This document shows, piece after piece, positions 55,801 to 64,000 of a stretch of DNA of 64,000 nt. Source of the stretch: Antedon mediterranea (lineage: Eukaryota; Animalia; Echinodermata); assembly GCF_964355755.1 (NCBI RefSeq), contig NC_092672.1:24007237-24071236 (forward strand), written 5' to 3'. The translations under genes and the position numbers were made by a program. Under the pieces are notes generated by a model. That model was not told the DNA's origin and ran no database searches. It saw only the letters and a program-made list of their open reading frames with translations. Position 1 is the first letter of the stretch. Each line of letters starts with the position of its first letter.

Positions 55801-58800
55801 TTTTTTCTCATTCTCACAGATTTCCTCATCTTATCATTTCAAATTAATTAATTCAATTTCAGTATATCACCGGGTGGTTTCGAATTTATTCTGTGCCTGT
55901 AATGTTTATATATTTAAAAAAAAGTATCTCTTCAGAGATCCCGTTTCATGAATAAAATACTGAAAGATCAATTTGATCTCTGGTGCGTGTGCGTACAACT
56001 GAGGGTCTAGTGCTGTTCCGCCGTACCACGCCGAGAATGTTAAAGAGTCACTATCCAATCGAGTTTGAACAATACCATGAATGGTTAGTAAGACATCTGC
56101 ATATCAGGCAGAAGGTTCCGGGTTCAAGTCTCGGTTGGGCCGACTTTTTTTTCATTCTCACAGATTTCCTCATCTTATCGTTTCAAATTAATTAATTCAA
56201 TTTCAGTATATCACCGGCGGTTTAGAATTTATTCTGTGCCTGTAATGTTTATATATATGTATATAATAACCTAAAGTTGAAATTATACTATTTTTGTTTG
56301 GTACTAAAATAATATATAATTTCTCATAGATTTTTATAGAAAAATATTATTTAAATTTAATAAATTGTTTTTTAAAGCAAGAACGTGAACATCATTGGAC
56401 AAATCGTCAGTTTTTACTGTCTTCGATCCTGTCAGTTTATTCCCATAGTCGTATATTGGGAGAGAATATTGAGAAGGAAGTAAATTTACCTGCTATCCTT
56501 GTTGTTGGCACACACAAGGCAAGTCTGGGAGAAACAGAAGAAGAACAAAATAAAGAGGTTAGTAATAATCTATAATAGGTTTGTGTTTACAGTTAATACA
56601 AAGCTTAAAATATTTGTCTTGGGCACATGTACCACAGTGGGTATAGTACATTGAAACTGTAGGACTAATAATCAATCAATTTACACAGTTTTAAATCCAC
56701 CAAATGTAATTTAGCTTTTTGTGCAAATTAAGTTGACATGAAATAAAACAAGTGATTGTCAAATTTGAAATATATAAAGAATATACTTGATGAAAATGAA
56801 ACATAGAAGAGGACATTTGGACTTTATTAATATTACTACATGTTAGCATTTTAAGGTTTTAAAATAAACTTTTGGAAAGAAAAATTAACAATTTTTTTTG
56901 TATGTTTAAATACGGTGCTGTTTTTATTGTCTTTTGTTTGTATATATTATGTAGTAGTGTTTAATTTTTGTTTATTCTAGGCCGAGGTGGTTTTACAGAA
57001 AGTTAAAGATTCCCTGAAAGGAAAACCATATGAAAAACATGTACTTGGATACTATGCTGTTGAAAACAGTAGAGAGACTACAGACAAGAGCTTTAGTGAT
57101 CTGAAAGAAGTAATTCAAGATCTTATGAACCATTTAAAACGGTCTATTCCATTAAAGTGGATGCGTTTTAGATGTGAAATGTATAATCTGAGGAAGGACA
57201 AATTGATATGTTCTGCAGAAGAGGTATTTTATTATAATTTTTTTTTTAGGGAAAGCAAAACTTGTTCAATAATAAATATTGTGAAGGCAAAGCACCTTTC
57301 TTTAACAACACATTCAAGACTGTCTGCTCTTGAAAACAAATCACCAGATTCAATTCTATTATACTTGTACTTGGTGATGTTTATAAATTTCACCTTAACT
57401 ATCCGGGCTATGTTCAATACATTAATAAACCAACTAACTCCCGTACCACTTTAGGTGCCTCGAATCATAACACAATATGTATGTTGCCGAAATACAGGCA
57501 ATACTTTAATAATAAATTTAAGCCTGCTACAATTAAATACCGCTCCTGGACAAGAGATGCAATGGTCAGTGTACTATGACAACACTGACATAAATGCTAG
57601 TGTGACTGTCATCAATGGGCCCGTTTCTGCTGCCAACCCAAAATATACCGTATAAATATACCGTATAAATATACCGTATATATACCGTATATGAAATTCG
57701 TGCACCGTTTCCGCTGCACATACTTCGTGGGTGAGTTGTAAAAAAGTTGGCTTTCATTACCCAAAATGCATTTCGTGAGACGGAAGTATGGATTGACCTC
57801 GTGCAGTGAGGTTTTAACCTACCGGTACATGCTGAAAAAAACAAAACAATGATGGTTTCTCAAAACGTCGTAGCATTGCTTTCTATTTTAAATCTAATGA
57901 GCAGAAGTGGCAACGAATTTACACCGCACATACAAGCACAATCTAGAAATGTCACTATAAATAAACTCTGTTATTCAAATTGAGTTTATATATGCTATAT
58001 TATCCTATATTGCCGTTTTAATTTCCATTTTCTATTATACAGTATTTTAACATGATTTTACATCACGTTGTTGTCGTGTAAGAACATTCGATTTATTGTA
58101 ATTAAAATCTCGGTATCTCTTCTGTTGCCATGCAGTCTCCCCTCCCCCTCCCCCCCCCCCCCAACTTTCGCTTCCCCCCACAATTGAATTGCAAAAATAG
58201 TGATTTGTTCGGTCCACAGTGACATTTTGATCTGTTGCTTGCTTTTACACGTGTTTTTCAACTTTAAATGCAGCAGAAAAACCAAAACAAACGCGTCGCG
58301 CTCTGTTAGTTTTTGACCTCGTGTCATGAGTCGGGTCACATTTACGGTATATTTTGAGTGCAGCAGAAACGGGGAACGAAATATACGGTATATTTTGGAA
58401 TATACCGTAAAATATCCACAAACGATGGGGATATTTATGCAGTATATATACCGCAAATATATACGGTATATTTTTTATGAGACCCATTTCTGCTGCCAAA
58501 AAATATACCGTATATAAAATATACCGTATATATACGGTATATTTTTGGCAGCAGAAACGGGGCCAATGAATACATCAAGCAATGCCTCAACAATGTGATC
58601 CCAATTAAACATAAGAAGTCATACTTACACAACAAACCTTGAATGTCTAAAAATATTGCAACATACGAAAAACAGCGTGCCTTTGCTAATAGCGTCTACA
58701 ATCTCGTGAAACAAAAAGAAATTGAAAATTCAAATACTCTCTGAAAACTATATTTATTTACTGTCATTATATGCATGAATAGAGTAAGGGATGAATAGCA

Positions 58801-60196
58801 TGAATAACAATTGTATTCATTTCATACTTGCCACTTGTCTGACAAACTTAGTATGCAGAGGGTGAACATGTTTAAAACAGAATTGATTTTGATACACTGT
58901 CAATAGTCATTTAGAAATGCTTTTAGAAATTTGCTTCTCACTTCAAGGTAAGTATGGCACGCACAATAGAATACCATTCACAAAAATATCCGAATACAAA
59001 ATTCGAGCCAGATGTGGCTTGTGGTAAGGTATTGTATTTGACCTTGAGTGCACATCATTATTGTGTGGGTTACAAAAGCTTGTATATTTATTTAAATTTT
59101 AAACACATGCATTTTTGTTGATTTTAGGTTAAAAAAATGGCCAGACAAAACGGAATTGATGATGAAAGCCAACAGTTAATTATGCTTAATTTTCTGTACG
59201 ACCTTGGTGACATCATCTACTTGCCTGATAATGAATTATTACGGAATCAAGTGGTGTTGGACCCAATGAGTCTTGTTCAGTTTGTTACAGCATTTGTGAC
59301 AGTGGTTACACCTGATGAGTTTAAAGTAAGTGGGCTTATGTTGATCAACAAAACACTCATTCGTTCAGAAGTTGACAGATAAAAAAAATGCTAGATTGGT
59401 GAAACTTTTAATTAGTCTTAAACTTTCTCTAATTTATCTGTAAACCCCAACACAATCAAGTTTGTTTCATTTGACACAAATGTTCCAATTGTGGTAAAAC
59501 ATGTGATGAATCTATATATAGGAGTACTTTTAGAATGTGGTACGCAATGTCGATGCTGAAACATACCCACACACAGTAATATGATGCTGCTTTGCAGCAG
59601 GCTATCTCCATCTACAATAATTGTTTTGTGTATGATATAATTGTGAAGGTCAACCCAAATTCATCAAAGGTGTCAAAACAAAATTGGCTTTGTTTAAATT
59701 TGTTTCAATATTTGGAAGATTTTTTACTACATACATCACCACCATCATAATTTGCAGGTATAGCCCTCCAGTACACATATACAATAGCTTTGTCTACATT
59801 TTTTTTTTTATGCCAAAGCTTCATTACAGTATTTAAGAACCATTTGAGGGCACTTCCTAGATACAGGATACGAAAAGCAAGCATACCCTCTAGTTAAATT
59901 AATTATATTGGTTCTCATAAAAATTCTCTTCTTTCTCTTAACATTCATTCACTACTGGTTCATGGACACAAAAGTACATTTTGATTGTTTTGTTATTTTA
60001 GACACCTCAGTACCGTGAAGCCTTTAGAAACCTTGACAAAGGCATACTGGATGAGATGTTGTTAAAGAAATTGTGGGAGAAAAAGGGTATTGATAGTGAG
60101 AAATTTCAATACCTTGTTGACCTGATGATTCGATTTGGTTTCATTTGTGAGAGAACAACCTCCATCAGCCAAGCCAACACAGCAAGTACATCTACA
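7722..60196 (+). CDS. Multi-exon Roco-family gene (ankyrin repeats - death domain - ROC GTPase - COR), partial at both ends; 19 exons
   Basis: Exons 7722-7820, 34190-34288, 37523-37642, 38321-38417, 39048-39083, 39447-39698, 40173-40338, 41393-41499, 44537-44649, 52332-52406, 52513-52552, 52664-52698, 53042-53066, 54753-54904, 55429-55518, 56378-56557, 56981-57223, 59128-59325, 60002-60196. All are AG/GT-bounded and join in phase. Motifs occur in Roco order: ANK, DD, GQEGVGKT, TDGI, WDHGGQ, VVGTHK, IPLKW, FLYDLGDIIY, VVLDP. Confidence 0.9.
8931..11553. mobile_element. CACTA/EnSpm-like non-autonomous element (CCC...GGG ends, 2-bp TSD AC)
   Basis: TIR cccttaccaaag / ctttggtaaggg; AC is duplicated relative to the empty site ggcatacacgctc near 21380; many subterminal tagcattc/gaatgcta motifs in both orientations. 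Confidence 0.82.
9118..9432. repeat. 51-bp tandem repeat, about 6 copies, inside the CACTA-like element
   Basis: Unit gaatggtagtgtgaatgctaagatcattggtagcattcagggagatatttt. It explains ORFs 9049-9450 and 9076-9462. Confidence 0.9.
11602..12119. mobile_element. PIF/Harbinger-like MITE (3-bp TSD AGA)
   Basis: About 38-bp TIR cgcccgtattcttaaaccggactttagtcgtagttcga; absent from the homologous site near 21433. Confidence 0.85.
17599..20684. mobile_element. Foldback-like TIR element with 20-bp subterminal arrays, right terminus deleted, nested in the Helitron
   Basis: Left end cggggcgccgtatgggacattgc; inverted arrays of acaaaattcattctgtgtag at 17630-17930 and 20435-20684. An intact copy is at 61180-63991. 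Confidence 0.8.
18290..18786. mobile_element. piggyBac-like MITE
   Basis: TTAA TSD; TIR cacgttcactgcca / tggcagtcaatgtg. The empty site with a single TTAA is visible in the second composite copy near 63290. Confidence 0.85.
21640..22200 (-). pseudogene. Decayed L2/CR1-clade LINE reverse transcriptase fragment
   Basis: FLDLSKTVDVVNHDIFKLFRYGIFLDWFKRYFTDRNHY resembles FLDLSKAFDTVNH.IL..KL..YGI...L.WF.SYL..R.QY. It may continue left of the TTAA insertion (about 15500-16090). Confidence 0.75.
23746..25217 (-). mobile_element. HINE/Helentron-like element, family B
   Basis: Terminal hairpin aggttatatgcat...atgcatataacct (25187-25215) and a (TTTA)n tract; 3' subterminal repeat, hairpin aattcgtcac/atgacgaatt and CTAG on the minus strand. 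Confidence 0.82.
26203..29308 (+). mobile_element. HINE/Helentron-like element, family B, interrupted by a family A-type element
   Basis: Reverse complement of 23746-25217 once 26272-27890 is removed; ends atgcatataacct...aattcgtcatagtgacgaatt-aaat-CTAG followed by TT. Confidence 0.82.
26272..27890 (+). mobile_element. HINE with family A-type termini, inserted in the (TTTA)n tract of the family B copy
   Basis: 5' ggttatccgc-ctcaa-gcggataacc; 3' gcggataacc, aaactcgtc-ctcaagt-gacgagttt and CTAG; internal duplication of about 305 bp (26352-26960). Confidence 0.82.
31908..32212 (+). mobile_element. 5' fragment of a family A HINE
   Basis: agttatccacaccttggcggataactccttgt...; collinear, with a deletion, with 2188-2552. 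Confidence 0.7.
32700..33600 (+). pseudogene. Decayed L1/Tx1-like LINE 3' region
   Basis: DAIPKD near 32830 and the CCHC-knuckle-like CYICVIENEKHMFLYC..KLW at 33330-33400. Confidence 0.45.
34190..34288 (+). CDS. Exon: single ankyrin repeat (99 nt, phase 0-0)
   Basis: tttag|...|gt; HGNTPLIEAAYQGFHEVCLVLLNKGADVNQQKK. Confidence 0.92.
36486..36780 (+). mobile_element. tRNA-derived SINE with Deu/Nin-like central domain
   Basis: A-box-like tgcccgagcggtta and B-box ggttcgaggct, then cttctcgga.aaggactataaaccgtaggtc...ttaaagaacc...gagtagggggttaccccggtgt, resembling the DeuSINE/Nin core. Confidence 0.78.
37523..37642 (+). CDS. Exon: divergent ankyrin repeat (phase 0-0)
   Basis: ttttctag|...|gtaaac; DGDTALHHCAMSDLTYDEHRNTMVCFIKAHGRGIISNKNK. 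Confidence 0.88.
38321..38417 (+). CDS. Exon: degenerate capping ankyrin repeat (phase 0-1)
   Basis: tcag|...|gtttga; NGKSVIDLYITNVCGKYEDVEAQKEEVMKLLK. The donor is weaker than the others. Confidence 0.75.
39048..39083 (+). CDS. Linker microexon (36 nt, phase 1-1)
   Basis: ttttag|...|gtatga; GGPLPEIYFTSS. Confidence 0.7.
39447..39698 (+). CDS. Exon: death domain (252 nt, phase 1-1)
   Basis: DITTKDFIHVATNMYDQFENLAEYLGFKQEDIESF...TLEMLNSWYK...QLCRAVRIAGRHDLADEIE shows the LA..LG....I / ML..W / L..A....GR.DLA death-domain pattern. Confidence 0.9.
40173..40338 (+). CDS. Exon: start of ROC domain with P-loop (G1)
   Basis: IPYAISARGKEVEKAYIEALKEGQVEVNLGMVKVIGQEGVGKTCLINACLGK; donor gtaagt. An alternative in-phase acceptor lies 6 nt downstream. 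Confidence 0.92.
40584..40956. mobile_element. PIF/Harbinger-like MITE (TTA TSD)
   Basis: TIR aggcccatttaaact / agtgtaaatgggcct; TTA on both flanks. Confidence 0.72.
41393..41499 (+). CDS. Exon: ROC switch I (G2)
   Basis: ttcag|; FNKEHLITDGIAVIKTVETKAEEQNNWTEDLTDDC (TDGI motif). Confidence 0.88.
41580..43977. repeat. 63-bp minisatellite, about 33 copies, intronic
   Basis: Unit gtccatttaaagtgtggcattgtgtttaatattagtgtttatatactgtaattcaccaagt(c/t/a)a. Confidence 0.97.
41683..41990 (+). mobile_element. Deu/Nin-like SINE, 5'-truncated, A-rich tail, inserted in the 63-bp array
   Basis: Same core as 36486-36780; (aaat)n tail; interrupts a repeat unit at tttaata|ttagtg. Confidence 0.8.
44537..44649 (+). 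CDS. Exon: ROC insertion (phase 1-0); its donor is the first unit of the 23-bp minisatellite
   Basis: tttcag|GNPIELYRRLAEENISKSIEDNKEGVATASKPHSSTEK|gtatgt. Confidence 0.8.
44645..50660. repeat. 23-bp minisatellite, roughly 220 copies in two blocks (44645-45869 and 46771-50660)
   Basis: Unit aaaaggt(a/g)(t/c)gtacacactataac. Confidence 0.97.
52332..53066 (+). CDS. Cluster of four small exons in the ROC insertion (52332-52406, 52513-52552, 52664-52698, 53042-53066)
   Basis: Each has a pyrimidine tract plus AG and a gtaaat/gtaagt/gtgagt/gtaagt donor. Phases 0-0, 0-1, 1-0, 0-1 chain without stops: EKSRPNNRDKGITFFGINWETIRQK / FKTTTNSKTTTNS / EVNTGTPAKAKD / VSKKSTAE. Confidence 0.68.
53215..53930 (+). 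mobile_element. Penelope-like retroelement 3' fragment (frameshifted RT C-terminus plus GIY-YIG endonuclease)
   Basis: SRVVYKFKCMGCNSMYISETNRLLSMRLREH...SHIFQHL...F.VL...LKVKE.LHI...KPSLNKQ is the Penelope GIY-YIG pattern; upstream LYFKLPY is in another frame. Confidence 0.88.
54753..54904 (+). CDS. Exon: ROC G3/switch II
   Basis: ...SPLETFNIWDHGGQLIYQGIHQ|gtaagt, a variant of the Roco WDFAGQ..Y..TH motif. Confidence 0.92.
55429..55518 (+). CDS. Exon: ROC beta-strand region
   Basis: gcag|IFVTSEAVYVAVFDLSKDLDDPALVIDPNG|gtaagt (F.T..A.Y..VFDLS pattern). Confidence 0.9.
55650..56255. mobile_element. Tandem pair of a tRNA-containing interspersed repeat flanked by (TA)n
   Basis: 55650-55912 and 56007-56255 are near duplicates, the second lacking the 5' part of the tRNA. 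The 3' portion recurs at 41137-41215. Confidence 0.7.
55727..55799 (+). tRNA. tRNA-like cloverleaf, anticodon ATC; probably a repeat-borne pseudo-tRNA
   Basis: Acceptor gccccag/ttggggc, D arm gtct-aatggtta-ggac, anticodon arm tctgc-atATCaa-gcaga, T arm ccggg-ttcgagt-cttgg, followed by T6. A32 is non-canonical and the unit is part of a tandemly duplicated repeat. Confidence 0.5.
56378..56557 (+). CDS. Exon: ROC G4 region
   Basis: QEREHHWTNRQFLLSSILSVYSHS...LPAILVVGTHKASLGETEEEQNKE|gttagt. Confidence 0.9.
56981..57223 (+). CDS. Exon: end of ROC and start of COR
   Basis: ctag|AEVVLQKVKDSLKGKPYEKHVLGYYAVEN...LKEVIQDLM...SIPLKWMRF...SAEE|gt. Confidence 0.9.
57617..58564. mobile_element. MITE with 3-bp TSD (AAT), Harbinger-like
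   Basis: TIR gggcccgtttctgctgcca / tggcagcagaaacggggcc; subterminal aaatataccgtat repeats. Confidence 0.82.
59128..59325 (+). CDS. Exon: COR domain
   Basis: MLNFLYDLGDIIYLPDNELLRNQVVLDPMSLVQFV matches the COR L.FLH.LG.I.Y...V.LDP.WL pattern; donor gtaagt. Confidence 0.92.
60002..60196 (+). CDS. Exon: COR domain
   Basis: tttag|TPQYREAFRNLDKGILDEMLLKKLWEKKG...FQYLVDLMIRFGFICE...|gtaggt. Confidence 0.9.
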
Positions 60197-60441
60197 GTAG
60201 GTTTTTTTTCTTAGCTTTTTTACACAAATTTATTTTACGACCAATATTTTATATGGTTTTTTTTAAAGAACAACCCTGTTGATGACATACCCTTACTTCT
60301 GAGAGGTAGTTTAAATAGGATATAAAGGAATTTTTGTAATTGATGAAAGCTGCTTACGTTTTGCCCCAATAACGCAGTTAGGCCGTCTCAGTCTTGAACC
60401 TTCCTTGCTACTGGCCTGATTTTAACAAGACTTAGTATTAA

Positions 60442-63400
60442 CTAGATGGTACGCTCGCTTCGCTCGCGTACCATCTAGGTCGTGCCCACAGATGTTTCTC
60501 GAATACATAGTAATTTCAGCGTTAAAAAACTGACGATTTCAAATGTACGTACAATAATACATGTCGTTTACACAGGAACGAATACATAGACACTGATTTA
60601 TGTACTCAACAAAAATTAGCACCCTGGGAATTACTTCCGAAAGAGAAACTTGTCAAAAAATGAGACAAATTGTTTAAGTCAAATTTAAACAAACTTAATT
60701 TGTGTTTTGAAATAATAATGTAACATTAGGGTTGAGGGATGGGGAAGAGGATGGGTGCAAAGAGGAACAATTTTTAAATATATTCTTTATCCATTTAGTA
60801 ACAAAATATTAATTTTTTTCATGTTTTAAAAATAATATACCACTAAACACAGTAAAACATTGCGATGTAATACTTTGTTGAAACTATCAGTATCACTGTC
60901 CTAGTAGATTGAAATAGCAGTACATGTAACGATACATCACTACGACGTGTATGTTTATATAATGTAAAACAATTTGTGAAAACCACCTCTATTCGGGGAA
61001 AATCATAAAGTCGATTTAATCGTCAATAAATATTAAATTATCTAACTCAACTGAATTAGTAGGCCTACCGGTTTTCAATTGTTTCTTAGAGCCAAGTCAT
61101 ACTTAAGTTGGTTCCTACCCTACCCACCAAAGTTGTTTTGCGTTTATGATGCACCGTAGGCATATCAAGCTCTACAATACGGGGCGCCGTTTGGGACATT
61201 GCTAATTTTGTCGAAATATTACAATTTTGTCTACACATAATTAATTTTGTCAATACAAAATTCATTTTGTCAACACAAAATTCATTTTGTATTGACAAAA
61301 TTCATTTTGTGTTGACAAAATGTATTCTGTGTGGACAAAATTCATTTTGTCTCGACAAAATTAATTCTGTGTAAACAAAAGTCATTCTGTGTAGACAAAA
61401 TTAATTCTGTGTTGACAAAATTAATTTTGTGTAGACAAAATTCATTCTGTAACGACAAAAATCATTTTGTGGCGACAAAATTCATTCTGTAACGAAAATT
61501 CTGTGTAGACAAAATTAATTTTGTGGCGACAAAATGTATTCTGTGTAGACAAAATTTATTCTGTGTAGACAAAATTTATTCTGTGTAGACAAAATTCATT
61601 CTGTGTAGAAAAAATTCATTTTGTCGCGACAAAATGAATTTTGTTAGCCTACTCAAGCGTGGGACAAAACGTTTTTTTTAAACATTTTGTCCCACGCTTG
61701 AGTAGGCTCGGTTTTAACATTTAAATTAGAAGGCGGAGTTTAAACGTGAAAAGGGCAAGACAGGGTGAATCTATAAATGATGACAGCGCGCGAATCTTTG
61801 ACATTTGTTATTGGTTCAGTTATTATGGCTGAGCATGCCTCCGTCTCTATTGCTATCATATTAATCTATTTTATAATATCAGGGACCCCTGAAAATATCA
61901 GATATGATCAGTATTCATACTTTGACAATTTAATATCTACGTCATCAGTAATAATTATTATTATAATGTATTCTATATAAAAAAATCGGAAAATGGTTTT
62001 TATAGAGCCCTGCTTATTATACTTAAGTAAAATTGTAGTAATGGGGCTATTTAAAATTTTGTCGTTTAAAATATTATTTATTATTCTTATAAAATGTATA
62101 TACTTTATTTTAAAAAGATGTATTGTCTCCCAAAATCATGAAAAATAAAGATTTTTAAAATCGGACTTTGAATAGGCCATTATGCAGTTTTAATGAAGTT
62201 GTTCACTTCCATAAGAAAGAAGAAAGGGGAAAAATTATTTCACCTATAAAAAGACAAAATAAACAGTTAAATTACCCAAAAACTCATTGGCTTCCAGACA
62301 ATTTGACCATTTTTTGCTTTAAATTACATTTTTTCAGGTAAAGAATTTTTTTTCAGACCTAATTTTTTGTGAAAGTGAATAACTATTATGTGACATTAAA
62401 ATAACATATTCAACAAAAAGATTAAAAAAAACATTTTTTCAGGGGACAATATATCTTTAAGATAATAATAGTCATTGCAGAAATAATGATGCTGAAAGCT
62501 GTCCGTTATTTGAAAAAAAAACATTTAAAGAACTGACTACAAAAGATTGCTCACGTTAGTTTTATATAACAGTCATCCACCCTGCGAAACCTAATAACCT
62601 TTAACCTACAGTAGTAAGTAGGCCAGGTAGCATACGTTGGCTAGGTTACAGGACTGATTGCCCATAAAACATTCGATGTATAAATATCAACACCTCAGAC
62701 AGTGTAATAATGACCTTTCCAGACCGAAAACCATTCTGCCCGAAATTACGATACTCTCTCGATACAACTCCATATTTTATTAGTGGAAATGCATTTTTAT
62801 TTAACATCAATCTTATCAAGCCAGCCAAAGACTGAATACGTACATTAAAAGTACAAGGAACAATGTAAACCTATAAACAATTATTTGCAATTAGCAATTT
62901 ATAATAAATAAAATCAATCATGGAGAAGGTGGAAAGATTATATACACTGCCATGGGAATGGATACTTGAGAGGCGCCATATGTCAGTTGTGTGAACACCC
63001 ATATAACTATTTGGTCAAAGTTGAATTATGTCTTTCGAGGGTGTAAATATATAATAATATGCAACCGAGAGTAAAATTAAATTTAACTTTTTAACGACAA
63101 TTTGCAATATCATAATCTATGGCGTACCAAACTGTCATTTATTTAGGCAACTAAAATATCTTAGTTTTTAATAGATGTAGTTAGTTTACATAGATCTTAG
63201 GTTCCAATAGAGATATATCCCTGTTTATAACCAAGATATCTTTTCAATAAAGATATCTCTATTATTCCAATTAGAGACAATATATGTCTTAAGAGATATT
63301 TCATAGTTTTGTTCCCTTGAGTTAGGCCTATTAGCAATTTAGTATTCCTATCAAATAAGGCCTATAGACGACGCAATTTCCATGAGAATAAATAGGCCTA

Positions 63401-64000
63401 TACTAACTATTATATTAAAATAAATGTATTAACTAAAATCATTTCATTACTACTCAACTTATCAGATGTTATCGTAAATAGTGTTGTCATTTTCTTAATC
63501 AATATTATCGGTATCGATATAAATCTTCAACCCTCTTTAATATTTATTACCAAAATTGGTAGGCATATAGGGCTACGTGTTATACATCAGTATAAACTGT
63601 ACTTATACTCGACGCAAAGTATTCAAGTTCCATATTAGACTGAAATGAATTTTGTCTACACAGAATGAATTTTGTCTACACAGAATGAATTTTGTCTACA
63701 CAGAATAATTTTTGTCTACACAGAATACATTTTGTAGCCACAAAATGAATTTTGTCCACACAGAATTAATTTTGTCTACACAGAATTAATTTTGTCCACA
63801 CAGAATTAATTTTGTCGAGACAAAATGAAGTTTGTCAAGACAAAATTAATTTTGTCCACACAGAATAAATTTTGTCAACACAAAATGAATTTTGTGTTGA
63901 ACAAAATGAATTTTGTATTGACAAAATTAATTATGTGTAGACAAAATTGTAATATTTCGACAAAATTAGCAATGTCCCATACGGCGCCCCGTACTACTAT
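60442..64000 (-). mobile_element. Second copy of the composite Helitron, inverted, running off the window end
   Basis: Reverse complement of about 17590-21305; 3' hairpin and CTAG at 60442-60478. Confidence 0.9.
61180..63991. mobile_element. Intact foldback-like TIR element with 20-bp subterminal arrays, inside the Helitron
   Basis: Both ends read cggggcgccgt(a/t)tgggacattgctaattttgtcgaaatattac...; flanked by TA. Confidence 0.85.

Noticed and set aside
57224-57454. C-terminal extension of the 155-aa ORF 56987-57454
   Set aside because: Intron read-through after the GAG|GT donor; COR similarity resumes at 59128.
7722-60196. Naming the gene DAPK1, LRRK or MFHAS1
   Set aside because: No kinase or LRRs are visible and the domain order differs, so orthology cannot be supported.

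Overview
AT-rich, repeat-dense animal DNA, probably from an invertebrate deuterostome given the Deu/Nin-domain SINEs (inference). The window lies inside one large + strand gene. By hand I assembled 19 phase-consistent GT-AG exons (7722-60196, 2322 nt, 774 codons, no in-frame stop; both gene ends appear to be outside the window). They encode ankyrin repeats, a death domain, a ROC GTPase and a COR domain, i.e. a Roco-family protein with the death domain placed before ROC. The ROC domain has about 155 aa between switch I and G3, partly built from a microexon cluster, and its G4 motif lacks the Asp (GTHKA). One splice donor has been amplified into a 23-bp minisatellite of roughly 220 copies. The introns hold nested non-autonomous transposons (HINE/Helentron-like, Helitron, CACTA-like, Harbinger-like, piggyBac-like and other TTAA elements), SINEs, LINE and Penelope remnants, tRNA-like sequences and tandem arrays. 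Almost all ORFs in the supplied track are spurious or are exons read through into introns.
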